NCBI GenBank assembly: GCA_947441435.1
Contig: CANETX010000001.1
Location: forward strand, 1 to 46,562
Direction: 5' to 3'
DNA: 46,562 nucleotides
Source: Planctomycetaceae bacterium
Lineage (GTDB): Bacteria > Planctomycetota > Phycisphaerae > Phycisphaerales > SM1A02
Each line of letters opens with the position of its first letter. The first letter of the stretch is position 1. This document shows, in pieces, positions 8,249 to 17,227 of the stretch. The translations under genes were made by a program, and so were the position numbers. The notes beneath the pieces were generated by a model, which saw nothing but the letters and a program-made list of their open reading frames with translations, searched no databases and was not told the DNA's origin.

Positions 8249-11200
8249 GTGGCGACGCACCCGACGATCAGCGAGCGAGTCGTGTGGACGCCGCCGCTGG
8301 CGCGAGTCGACGGCCACGCCCTCTGCACTGCCGCGGAAGCGCTCCTCAAGGGTTTTCTGGAGACCGACCTCGACGTGCACGCGGTCTTCGTTGTGCGGGG
8401 TTCGGCCTTCGGCGGACTCCTCGGGATCATGGAGCGCGCGGAGGATCGCGCGGTTCTCGCCCGCAACGGGGTCGAGATCATCGAGGTGCTTCATGCGAGC
8501 CGAGGTGTGGAACTCGCGGCGCAGGAGGGCTCGCGCGGTCGGAGAGCCGCAGTCATGATCTCCAACGACGAGCTTGATGGGGTCGTCCTTGCGCTCGCTG
8601 CGCTGGCGCGGACTCCGCTGACCGAGGGCGGCGCGATCTGCCTGGTTCTGGAAGACAACCCCTATGCCGTGCCGACCACTTGTCCCCGTCGCGTCGCGCG
8701 GCGGACGGGGCTGCGAGTCCTCGAGCCGTGCGATCTCAGCGGTCTACGGGATGGATGCGACGGCGCGATGCGCCTCTCGAGCGCATCGGGGCGCCCGGCC
8801 GCCATCATTTGCCACGTCTCGCTGCTCAGGTCAGGAGCGACGCTTCCGGTTGCACCCAATCGGCAGGTCGCGATGACGGATCATGCGGCTTGGTTGCGAC
8901 GGCGGAGAGTGCCCAAGGGTGCCGAGGCCACGGACCCACTGCAAATCGTGCGTCGACTGGAAGTCAATCGCCTCGAGCACCTGCCCAATCCCGGCGAGCG
9001 CGAGCAATATGGGTTCCTCGCGATCGGTGCCGCGGCGATCGCCGTGCGCCACATGCTCGACGAACTCGGACTCTCGGGGAGAGTGCCGCTCCTTCGCCTC
9101 GTCGCACTGGACCCACTCGATGAAGCCGTCGTCGGCCGATTGCTTGCGCGATGCCATCACGTGATCGTCGTGGAGCCTCGGCCAGGTTCGGTCGCGCCGA
9201 GGATCGTCGCCGTCGCGCAGGCGATGCGCGAGCCGGATGTCCCGCCCGCGCGTGTGTGGTGGGATGCGTTGCCAGAAGCCGCCGGTGATGTCGAACCAAT
9301 CGGGATCAACGACGGAATGCGCACGAGCCTCTTGACGAGGCGCGTGGTCAGGCTCCTTCATGAGGTGCGCCCGGGACTCAAGGTCGAGGAGCGGCTCGCG
9401 CGGATTCCGGCGGCGATCGAGGGGCTCGACATTCCGCGGCGCTCGCACGGGCTGGGAGTTTCCGCGGCTGAAGAGGCAATCCGCACCGCGATCGCGCAGG
9501 CCGCAGCAACGGTGGAGGCTTCACAAGTGCCTGGTGCGCCAACACGCGGACTCGTGGGAGATCGTGGTGCTCCGCCGGCGTGCGACATTCTGTGCACGGT
9601 CGAGGTGTGGGACCGCAGCCGCTTCCAGCGGGAGTCGATGGCGCTGCTGGATCAGGTGGCGCGCGAGACTCGCCCGCGAGTCGTGGTCATGGCGGACCTC
9701 GGGGCCGAGGGTGCCATCGACTGTGAACGACTAGGGCGCGCCGAGGCCGGTTCGGGAGTCGAGCAGCGACTTGCCTTCGTTACTGTCGACCTCAACGATC
9801 AGAAGACCCTCCATGACGCTCTCGTGGCTGCCGCCTCCGCGTCGCTCTTGACCATCATCATTGCCCGCGATGGTCCTCCCGCGCGATTCGACCTTTCGAA
9901 ACTGAACCGGACAGCGGAGCAGATCGATCGGGACGGATTCCTGCGCCATCAACGGTTCATCCTTCCCGCCGACAACGCCTGCGAACTTCGCGATCCGGGA
10001 CTTGCGACCCAAGTCGCGCGCGGACTCCTGCGCGGAGCGGATCCACTGCGCGCGGAACCAAGAGTTGAACGAATCAGGATTCCCGGCGGACGCGGCGTGG
10101 CGCTCAAGGTCGATCTCCTGTACGAGCAGGTCGAGATTGTGCGCAGCAGGCCGCCCGCGGCGCTCGATGCGCTGCGCGATCCCATCCCCATCGCCCCGCC
10201 TCAGCCGCTTCATGGGTCGAGCGGGCTGTGGCGAGCGCACTTGGCGGGGATTCGTGGCGAAGTGCCCGGCGCTGCGGGGCAGCTGCTCGCGGAAGCGGGA
10301 CGCGCGATGGGGTTTCGTGTGGAGTGGACGCACCTCGGTGTGCCGATCGGACCCGGCCGCCGCGCGTGGTCCCAGGTGATGTTCACCCGCATCGAGGGAC
10401 CGGTGGACCCGAGTGCCGCGCCGGGGTCAGCAGCGGAGTTTCCGTCTGTGACTGTCCAGATTCCCTACGGCGAGGCGGACCTCGTACTGGGCGTCGATGC
10501 GGTCGAGACAATTCGCGCGATCGCGACAGATCCGCAGTTGCGCGTCGCCAGTCCTTCGGTGACCGCCATCGTCGCCAATTCCGGTCCGCTTGAAGATCAG
10601 ATCGATCCCCTCACTCACGCCGCTGCAGCGCAGTTGCCCGAGGCGGTCGAGGTGACCACGCTTGCCGATCGTCGCGTGGTGGCCGATCTCGCGTCAGAAG
10701 TGCGCAGTCGCTTCCTGACCGACCGACCGATGGATCTCGTCCTCGTCGGGATCGCCTTCCAGCGCGGCTACATCCCAGTGTCGATCGAGGCACTCGAAGC
10801 GGGGGCCCGTCGCCTCGAGTCGTACGGCTACGCGCGGAGTTTCGAGGCAGTGCAGTTTGGGAGGATGCTCGGCGCACGCAGCGATGTGGGCGATGCCGCC
10901 GGAGCCACGGCTGGTGCGCGAACCGATCCCGCCGCCGATGCCGCCCGGCTGGCGCGGCGCATGAGCGCGGACCGCCAACTCGGCGGCCGCAGGGACCGCA
11001 AGCGCGGGCAGCGGCTGCGAGGAGCGATCGCGTCGACGCTCGTGCGCCTCGGCCCGCTTGGCGAGTCGCGCGACGGCCGCGTCGCGATGCGCGATTTCGC
11101 GACGGCGATGCGCCGCTGCGAGATGTGGGGAGGATTCGAGTACGCGATGCGGTATGGGGAGCTCATCGGCGCGCTCATTGGATCGGGCGATGACCCGCGG

Positions 11201-11734
11201 GGGTTGGAGCTGGCTCGACTCGCGATCTTGCCGGCGGCGGAGGCGTTCCTGATTCGGGACGTGTGGTATGTAGGTGCGCTGACAACCAGTTTGGATCAGA
11301 ATCACCGCATCCGGGCGACGCTCGGGGTTCGGCTGGCACGAGGCGACGAGATCCACCGCCGCTACCTCCATCGCCTCGACATCCGACTGGCCTCGAAGCG
11401 ATGGGTCGTCGAATTTCGGTCGAGCGACTGGCCCGACCGGATCCTGCGGGCGACCCTGCCGTTCATTCCCGCTGGGTTGCGCGGCTCTCCAGCCCAGCGT
11501 TCGCTGCGCGAGACGATGGCGTCGGTGCTCGGGCGCGCCGCGCACGATTCAGGAGCGCGTGAAGCGTGGATGGAGGTCGCACGCAAACTCCACAGCCTTG
11601 CGTCGGATGGAACACTGCGAACCCTTGACGGCGATGCGGTGGAGCACATCGCAGCGGAGGTCGGGCCGCCCCCCGTCGCCCGCAAGGGCGCCCCTGCCCA
11701 ATCCCCTCAGGGGACGACTGCTGATCGTTCGTGA
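8249..11734 (+). CDS. Divergent member of the fused (~1150 aa) indolepyruvate/2-oxoacid:ferredoxin oxidoreductase family; cofactor motifs appear degenerate
   Basis: 1161-aa ORF with a GTG start 9 bp after the HAD gene. The order of recognisable blocks follows the fused IOR family: a POR_N-like N-terminus (GHALCTAAEALLKGFLETDLD ... LRVLEPCDLSGLRDG), a central TPP_C-like region, a gamma/POR-like region (ADLVLGVDAVETIRAI) and a DUF6537-like tail (FLIRDVWYVGALTT ... IPAGLRGSPAQRSLRETM). Confidence 0.55.
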   Translation: MATHPTISERVVWTPPLARVDGHALCTAAEALLKGFLETDLDVHAVFVVRGSAFGGLLGIMERAEDRAVLARNGVEIIEVLHASRGVELAAQEGSRGRRAAVMISNDELDGVVLALAALARTPLTEGGAICLVLEDNPYAVPTTCPRRVARRTGLRVLEPCDLSGLRDGCDGAMRLSSASGRPAAIICHVSLLRSGATLPVAPNRQVAMTDHAAWLRRRRVPKGAEATDPLQIVRRLEVNRLEHLPNPGEREQYGFLAIGAAAIAVRHMLDELGLSGRVPLLRLVALDPLDEAVVGRLLARCHHVIVVEPRPGSVAPRIVAVAQAMREPDVPPARVWWDALPEAAGDVEPIGINDGMRTSLLTRRVVRLLHEVRPGLKVEERLARIPAAIEGLDIPRRSHGLGVSAAEEAIRTAIAQAAATVEASQVPGAPTRGLVGDRGAPPACDILCTVEVWDRSRFQRESMALLDQVARETRPRVVVMADLGAEGAIDCERLGRAEAGSGVEQRLAFVTVDLNDQKTLHDALVAAASASLLTIIIARDGPPARFDLSKLNRTAEQIDRDGFLRHQRFILPADNACELRDPGLATQVARGLLRGADPLRAEPRVERIRIPGGRGVALKVDLLYEQVEIVRSRPPAALDALRDPIPIAPPQPLHGSSGLWRAHLAGIRGEVPGAAGQLLAEAGRAMGFRVEWTHLGVPIGPGRRAWSQVMFTRIEGPVDPSAAPGSAAEFPSVTVQIPYGEADLVLGVDAVETIRAIATDPQLRVASPSVTAIVANSGPLEDQIDPLTHAAAAQLPEAVEVTTLADRRVVADLASEVRSRFLTDRPMDLVLVGIAFQRGYIPVSIEALEAGARRLESYGYARSFEAVQFGRMLGARSDVGDAAGATAGARTDPAADAARLARRMSADRQLGGRRDRKRGQRLRGAIASTLVRLGPLGESRDGRVAMRDFATAMRRCEMWGGFEYAMRYGELIGALIGSGDDPRGLELARLAILPAAEAFLIRDVWYVGALTTSLDQNHRIRATLGVRLARGDEIHRRYLHRLDIRLASKRWVVEFRSSDWPDRILRATLPFIPAGLRGSPAQRSLRETMASVLGRAAHDSGAREAWMEVARKLHSLASDGTLRTLDGDAVEHIAAEVGPPPVARKGAPAQSPQGTTADRS

Positions 11735-12840
11735 CGCAGTTGCCCGCACGCCGCGGCGATGTCGCGACCGCGGCTCGCGCGGATGTGGGCATTGACGCCG
11801 CGAGCGCGCAGCGTCTCCTGGAAGGCATGGACATCCTCGGATGAGGGGCGGGAATAGGGGATCCCGCGAACTTCGTTGTAGCGAATGAGATTGACATTCG
11901 CGTGGATGCGCAGCGCGTGGGTCGCGAGGTCTTCGGCGTGGGCCGGCGAGTCGTTCACGCCTCCAAGGAGGATGTATTCCAGGGTGATCTCACGTCCGGT
12001 GCGATGGAACCACTCGTCGCACGCGTCGAGGAGTTCTCCGATCGTGCTGAACTCCGCCCACGGAATGATTTCCCGCCGGAGCGCATCGCTGGGAGCATGG
12101 AGACTCAGCGCAAGCGTGACGGGAAGCTCGAAGTCGCAGAACTTGCGGATCGCGGCGGGGAGGCCGACGGTCGACACGGTGATTCGTCGCGCGCTGATGC
12201 CCAAACCCCACGGAGCATTGAGCACGCGGATGGCATCGGTGACGGCGGCGTAGTTGGCCAGCGGTTCCCCCATCCCCATGAACACGACATGCGAGATGCG
12301 GTCGACCCCCTCAAGGCGTCCGAGCCGGAAGACCTGCTCGACGATCTGCCCCGAAGTCAGGTTTCCTTCTAGCCCGCCAATCCCCGAGGCGCAGAAGGTG
12401 CATCCCACGGGGCATCCGAGTTGGCTCGAGACGCAGGCTGTCCGGCGGTCTTCGCTTGGGATCATCACCGACTCCGTCTCGCTTCCGCGAGCGACGGTGT
12501 CGGACAGTTGCGGAAGGAGCGCGCCTGACTCGGGGGCCGCAGGCCTCCACGAGAGCAGCACCTTCTGCGTGCCGTCCGTCGCTGACTGGTGGACGATCGT
12601 GCGCCCGCGCAGCACCTCAAACTCGCTTTCGAACAGTGTCCGATGGGCTTTCGACAAGTTGGTCATCGCCGCCGGATCCGTGACCCCCTTCTTGTAGACC
12701 CAGTCGAGCAACTGATCGACGAGATGGCGCGGCAAGTGCCGCTCGGCCGCCCACGCCGCCACGGCCTCCCGATCGAGATCGAAGAAGTGCGCACGAAGCG
12801 GTGGCGCGCCGCCTGCAGGCGATTCGGCACCTTCATCCAT
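11707..12840 (-). CDS. rlmN: Radical-SAM 23S rRNA (adenine2503-C2)-methyltransferase
   Basis: 377 aa. Radical SAM cluster motif CVSSQLGCPVGCTFCASG, GMGEPLAN, and a second catalytic Cys near the C-terminus (DIAAACGQL). Confidence 0.9.
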   Translation of the reverse strand: MDEGAESPAGGAPPLRAHFFDLDREAVAAWAAERHLPRHLVDQLLDWVYKKGVTDPAAMTNLSKAHRTLFESEFEVLRGRTIVHQSATDGTQKVLLSWRPAAPESGALLPQLSDTVARGSETESVMIPSEDRRTACVSSQLGCPVGCTFCASGIGGLEGNLTSGQIVEQVFRLGRLEGVDRISHVVFMGMGEPLANYAAVTDAIRVLNAPWGLGISARRITVSTVGLPAAIRKFCDFELPVTLALSLHAPSDALRREIIPWAEFSTIGELLDACDEWFHRTGREITLEYILLGGVNDSPAHAEDLATHALRIHANVNLIRYNEVRGIPYSRPSSEDVHAFQETLRARGVNAHIRASRGRDIAAACGQLRHERSAVVP

Positions 12841-12842
12841 GG

Positions 12843-13937
12843 TCAGTTGGCGATGGCCGCACCGCGAAGGGTCATGTCAACGCGGCGGAAGGGGATCCCG
12901 TGCGACTCGAACCACTCGTGAAGTCGCGAGCCATCGTCGCCTCGGACGATCCGTCGTCCGGCTGGGTCGACCCCCCGTTCGCGCATCATTTGCTTGAGTG
13001 TGCCGGGGAGACCAAACTCGACATCTTCCTGGCGAATGTCGTGCTGCTCGACCTCGGCGCCGTACTTGCGCACGAGCGTCTCGATGAGGTCGTGCACGAG
13101 ATCCTCCGGGGCGCTCGCCCCTGCGGTCACGAGGAGGGTGTTGACCCCCTCGAACCATGCGGGATCGATCTCGCTCTTGTCGTCGATGAGACGAGCGGGT
13201 GTCCCCACGTTCGCCGAGATCTCCGTCAGACGGACCGAGTTGGAACTGTTGGCGCTGCCGACGACCAGCACGAGGTCGCACGTTGGCGCGATTGCGCGGA
13301 CGGCCATCTGCCGATTGGTGGTCGCGTAGCAGATGTCGCTCGCCGGTGGGTCCTTGATGTTTGGGAAGGCCTTCTTGAGGGCGTCGATCACGATGGTCGC
13401 ATCGTCGAGGGAGAGAGTGGTCTGCGTGAGGTAGACGAGCGCGTCGGGATTGGTGATCCTGAGCGAAGGAATGTCGCGCGGGCTCTCGACGATCTGGATG
13501 GCGTGGGGGGCTTCGCCGAGCGTCCCGACGACTTCCTGATGGTGGCGGTGGCCCACGAGAAGGATCTGGAATCCCTTGCGGGCGTATCGGATCGCCTCGG
13601 CGTGGACCTTGGTCACGAGGGGACACGTGGCGTCGATGGTGGCCAGGTGCTTGGCCTTCGCCTCCGCACGGATCGCCGGGCTCACTCCGTGGGCGCTGAA
13701 GACGACGATCGCCCGGTCGGGCACGTCGGCGATCGACTCGACGAACATCACGCCGCGTCCCTTAAAGCGCTCGACGACGTGGCGGTTGTGGACGATCTCG
13801 TGGAAGACATAGATCGACTCTCCCGGGCAGAGGTCGAGCAGTTGATCGACGACATCGATCGCCATGTAGACCCCGGCACAGAAGCCGCGTGGATTGGCAA
13901 GGACGATCTTCACGGACCGCTGATCATAGCGGGCCAT
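12843..13937 (-). CDS. ispH: 4-hydroxy-3-methylbut-2-enyl diphosphate reductase
   Basis: Homology begins at MARYDQRSVKIVLANPRGFCAGV (ATG at 13937). Also HEIVHNRHVV, SAHGVSP and TCPLVTKVH. The 130 codons upstream in the tracked ORF are Arg/Pro-rich junk that overlaps hpnC. The stop lies 2 bp before the rlmN start. Confidence 0.9.
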   Translation of the reverse strand: MARYDQRSVKIVLANPRGFCAGVYMAIDVVDQLLDLCPGESIYVFHEIVHNRHVVERFKGRGVMFVESIADVPDRAIVVFSAHGVSPAIRAEAKAKHLATIDATCPLVTKVHAEAIRYARKGFQILLVGHRHHQEVVGTLGEAPHAIQIVESPRDIPSLRITNPDALVYLTQTTLSLDDATIVIDALKKAFPNIKDPPASDICYATTNRQMAVRAIAPTCDLVLVVGSANSSNSVRLTEISANVGTPARLIDDKSEIDPAWFEGVNTLLVTAGASAPEDLVHDLIETLVRKYGAEVEQHDIRQEDVEFGLPGTLKQMMRERGVDPAGRRIVRGDDGSRLHEWFESHGIPFRRVDMTLRGAAIAN

Positions 13938-13966
13938 CGACGAAGTCCCGGTACGCTTGCGACTCC

Positions 13967-14929
13967 ATGAACGTGACGAAGGCAGATCGAACGGTGGGGC
14001 TCGATCGCTTCGGGCCCGGCTGCGAGTCTGCGCCGACCACCGAGGAGTCCCGCGCGTGGTGCCTCCGACTGACCCGAACGCACGGCGAGAATTTCCATGT
14101 CCTGAGTCGCTTCGTACCTGCGGACCGCGTCGGAGATTTTGCCGCCGTCTACGCGTTCTGCCGATGCGCCGACGATCTCGGGGATGAGGCGGGGTCGACG
14201 GAGCGTGCGACCGAGTTGCTCGCGTGGTGGAGGCGCGAACTGCACCGATGTTTCGAAGGGGACGCAAGCCATCCGGTGTTCGTGGCGCTGCGAGAGACGA
14301 TCCAGCGACGATCCCTTGTACAGGCACCCTTCGACGATCTCATTTCCGCCTTCGAGATGGACCAGCGCAAAGGGCGCTACGACACATTTGACGACGTGCT
14401 TGGCTACTGCGCCTTGAGCGCGAACCCGGTGGGGCGGTTGGTGCTCGCGCTGCTCGGAGAGCCCCTCGACGACGAGTCGTGCGTGGCGAGCGACGCGATC
14501 TGCACCGCGCTGCAGTTGACCAACCATTGGCAGGATGCGCGGCGCGATCTCTTGGAGCGTGACCGGATCTACATCCCGCGCGATGCGTGGGCCACCGCCG
14601 ACTTCGAGCAGCGATTCCTCGCGACTGTCCGTCAGGGGTACGCACCGGATCGAGAGTTCCTGGGACAGTGGCGCGAGATGACGCGCACCGTCGTCGAGCG
14701 CACGTGGCCGCTGTTCGTCCGCGGGCACGTGCTGCTCGACCGCGTCGCCCCACAGCACCGGCCGCTGCTTTGGCTGTTCGTCGAGGGAGGCACGCGCACA
14801 CTTCGCGAGATCGAGCGCTGGAACTATGAGACTTGCCTCAGCCGACCGAAGCTGTCGGTGGTCGCGAAGGCGCTCTTGCTCCTACGTGCGAGGTGGGCGA
14901 GTGTTCCAATGTCGAGGGCGGCCCTGTGA
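13967..14929 (+). CDS. hpnC: Squalene synthase HpnC (hydroxysqualene synthase; squalene/phytoene synthase family)
   Basis: Trans-IPPS head-to-head fold. THGENFHVLSRFVP, Asp-rich FCRCADDLGDE and a second motif TNHWQDARRDL. Start chosen at ATG 13967 (MNVTKADR), 29 bp from the divergent ispH start. Confidence 0.7.
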   Translation: MNVTKADRTVGLDRFGPGCESAPTTEESRAWCLRLTRTHGENFHVLSRFVPADRVGDFAAVYAFCRCADDLGDEAGSTERATELLAWWRRELHRCFEGDASHPVFVALRETIQRRSLVQAPFDDLISAFEMDQRKGRYDTFDDVLGYCALSANPVGRLVLALLGEPLDDESCVASDAICTALQLTNHWQDARRDLLERDRIYIPRDAWATADFEQRFLATVRQGYAPDREFLGQWREMTRTVVERTWPLFVRGHVLLDRVAPQHRPLLWLFVEGGTRTLREIERWNYETCLSRPKLSVVAKALLLLRARWASVPMSRAAL

Positions 14930-15840
14930 CCCTTGCGAACCCTGCTGCCGATCTGCTTCGTGACGCGGCGACGCGGGAAGCCGTTTCGGCGTGCCGCGAG
15001 ATCACTCGGTCACGCGCCGGCAATTTCTATTGGGGGCTCAGTCTCACCCCCGAACCCAAGCGTTCGGCGATGTACGCGATCTACGCCTGGATGCGGGCCG
15101 CCGATGACCTGGTCGACGCGGAGTGGGGTGAGGAACCGTCGCACGATCGCTCCGCCGCTCGTCAGGCGGTCGACGAATTCCGCGCACATACGGTCGAGGC
15201 GCTCGCTGGCCGGAGTGCGAGCGACGGACCCGTCTGGCGTGCGCTCGCAGCGGTGGCGCGTGCGTACCCGCTCGACATCAACGACTTTCACGGCATGCTC
15301 GACGGCCAACTCAGCGACATCGGCCCGCGCACGATGGGCACCTTCACTGAGTTGGACGAGTACTGCCGCCAAGTCGCCAGCACCGTGGGCTGCGTGTGCA
15401 TTGCCATCTGGGGGTACTCCGATCGGCGGGCGATCGAACTCGCCATCGATCGCGGGATCGCCTTCCAGCTCACCAACATCGTCCGAGACATCCGCGAAGA
15501 TGCCGGGGTCGGTCGCGTCTATCTCCCGCGTGAGGCGCTCGAGCGCGCGGGGGTGACGATCGAGGACCTTTGTCGATGGGACCCCGCCGACCGATCCCGT
15601 CTGGTCGTAGAGGCGATGATCGCTCGGGCCCGCAGCCACTACGAGGCGAGCGCACCGCTCGAAGGGCTGATCGAACGTTCATGCCGCCCGACACTCTGGG
15701 CGCTGACGCAGACTTACCGGGGACTCCTCGAGCGCATCGCTGCCGATCCCGAGCAAGTGGTGCGGCGACGAGTCTCGCTTCCACTGCACCGCAAGGTCGC
15801 CATCGCGCTGCGCGCGCGACTGTTGGGTTCGCAGCAGTGA
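14926..15840 (+). CDS. hpnD: Presqualene diphosphate synthase HpnD (squalene/phytoene synthase family)
   Basis: SRAGNFYWGLSLTP, MRAADDLVDAE and TNIVRDIREDAGVGRVYLP. The GTG at 14926 overlaps the hpnC TGA (GTGA). The longer tracked ORF from 14833 would overlap hpnC by 97 nt. Confidence 0.7.
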   Translation: MTLANPAADLLRDAATREAVSACREITRSRAGNFYWGLSLTPEPKRSAMYAIYAWMRAADDLVDAEWGEEPSHDRSAARQAVDEFRAHTVEALAGRSASDGPVWRALAAVARAYPLDINDFHGMLDGQLSDIGPRTMGTFTELDEYCRQVASTVGCVCIAIWGYSDRRAIELAIDRGIAFQLTNIVRDIREDAGVGRVYLPREALERAGVTIEDLCRWDPADRSRLVVEAMIARARSHYEASAPLEGLIERSCRPTLWALTQTYRGLLERIAADPEQVVRRRVSLPLHRKVAIALRARLLGSQQ

Positions 15841-17225
15841 TCCCGCCAGTCGTGGTCGTGGGAGGGGGGCTGGCCGGGATCGCGACGGCCCTTCGACTCC
15901 AGGCCGCAGATGTTCAGGTCGTCCTCGTCGAGTCGCGCCGGAAACTCGGGGGACGTGCAACGAGTTTCGTCGACCCGCGCGACGGCGCGACGCTCGACAA
16001 TTGCCAGCATGTCGTGATGGGGTGCTGCACGCACTTGCTGGACCTCTACGAGCGATTGGGTGTGGCGCACCTCATCCAGTGGCATCCCACCATCCACTGG
16101 GCCAACCCGCCGGGGGATCCCGACGCGATCACCCCGGGTTGGTGCCCGTCGCCGGGGCACTTCGCGGGCAGTTTCCTGCGCGCGCGTTTTCTCTCCGGCG
16201 GCGCGAAGCGCGCCGTTGCACAGGCGATGTGGAAGATCATTCGTCTGGGGCGCGAGGGTCGTCATCAATGGCGGGGTCGGCCATTCAGCGACTTTCTGAG
16301 TGGGGTGAAGCAACCCCGCGAGGCCATCGAGAAATTCTGGGATCCCGTCGTCACGAGCGCGTGCAACCTGCCGTCGGCGAGTGTCGATGCCTTCCATGCG
16401 CTCCTCGTCTTTCAGCAGGGGTTCCTGCAGGATGCGTGGAGCCCGGTCATGGGCCTCGCCTCCGTCCCGCTCATTGCACTCTATGACCCCGCGATCGAGA
16501 TGCTGGAGTCGGGTGGTGGCTCCCTACGGCTCGGCGAGAGCGTGCTCGGCCTCAACTTCGACGGTCGCCGTGTGACCGGTGTCGTCACTGATGAGGGATC
16601 GATCGACTGTTCGAGCGTCGTGTGCGCGGTTCCTCCTGATCGCCTCGCGAAACTCTGCTCGGCGACGATGACCGCGGCGGACACTCGCCTCACGCATCTC
16701 GGTGAAGTCGCATTCAGCCCGATCCTCGGCGTCCATCTCTTCTTCGATCAGGCAGTGCTCGCGACGCCGCATCTCGTGCTGCCGGGTCGGGCAACCCACT
16801 GGCTCTTCGACAAGGGGGTCGACTCGGACGGTCGCCATCATGTCCACGCCGTCGTGAGCGCGGCGTACGAATGGATGGACTTGGACGAACCAGAAATCGT
16901 CCGCCGCGTGATGGAGGACATCGCGTGGGCGCTGCCTGGGACACGTGGGCTCGTCCCGTCTGCGGCGCGGGCGGTGAAGGAAAAGCGCGCGACCTTCGCG
17001 TGCACTCCGGGGATCGACGCGATTCGGCCGACCGCATCCCGCGATGGCATCCGAGGCGGGATCGAAAACTTGTTTCTGGCGGGGGACTGGTGCGCGACCG
17101 GTTGGCCGGCGACGATGGAGGGGGCGGTGCGCAGCGGCGACATGGCGGCTGCGGCACTTCTTGGCAACGAGTTCAAGGCGTGCGATGTGCCGGCCGCACC
17201 GCTCGCGCGGCTCTTGGGCCTCTAG
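15837..17225 (+). CDS. hpnE: FAD-dependent hydroxysqualene dehydroxylase HpnE (amine-oxidase/phytoene-desaturase-like)
   Basis: The GTG at 15837 overlaps the hpnD TGA (GTGA). It is followed directly by the dinucleotide-binding motif VVVVGGGLAGIATALRL...VLVESRRKLGGRA and the C-terminal LFLAGDW motif. The upstream part of the tracked ORF is out-of-context Arg-rich sequence. Confidence 0.7.
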   Translation: MIPPVVVVGGGLAGIATALRLQAADVQVVLVESRRKLGGRATSFVDPRDGATLDNCQHVVMGCCTHLLDLYERLGVAHLIQWHPTIHWANPPGDPDAITPGWCPSPGHFAGSFLRARFLSGGAKRAVAQAMWKIIRLGREGRHQWRGRPFSDFLSGVKQPREAIEKFWDPVVTSACNLPSASVDAFHALLVFQQGFLQDAWSPVMGLASVPLIALYDPAIEMLESGGGSLRLGESVLGLNFDGRRVTGVVTDEGSIDCSSVVCAVPPDRLAKLCSATMTAADTRLTHLGEVAFSPILGVHLFFDQAVLATPHLVLPGRATHWLFDKGVDSDGRHHVHAVVSAAYEWMDLDEPEIVRRVMEDIAWALPGTRGLVPSAARAVKEKRATFACTPGIDAIRPTASRDGIRGGIENLFLAGDWCATGWPATMEGAVRSGDMAAAALLGNEFKACDVPAAPLARLLGL

Positions 17226-17227
17226 CG

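Noticed and set aside
13889-13966. The longer hpnC start at 13889, which would overlap the ispH start region
   Set aside because: The extra 26 codons (MDWQGRSSRTADHSGPSTKSRYACDS) overlap ispH codons on the other strand and lack HpnC-like sequence. ATG 13967 gives a conventional N-terminus. The choice remains uncertain.
13938-14327. 130-codon N-terminal extension of the ispH ORF (the tracked ORF starts at 14327)
   Set aside because: The extension is Arg/Pro/Ser-rich junk that overlaps hpnC on the other strand. IspH homology starts at the internal ATG 13937 (MARYDQRSVKIVLANPRGFCAG).
15570-15836. Upstream extensions of tracked ORFs for hpnE (15570-15836), queG (16871-17227), hpnD (14833-14925), DUF4139 (24565-24798), ribF (27467-27562), the aminotransferase (33908-34057) and the LptE-like gene (39832-39915)
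   Set aside because: These extensions lie inside the preceding gene in another frame and have junk composition. In each case family homology or a signal peptide begins at an internal ATG or GTG, often one forming a 4-nt overlap with the upstream stop.
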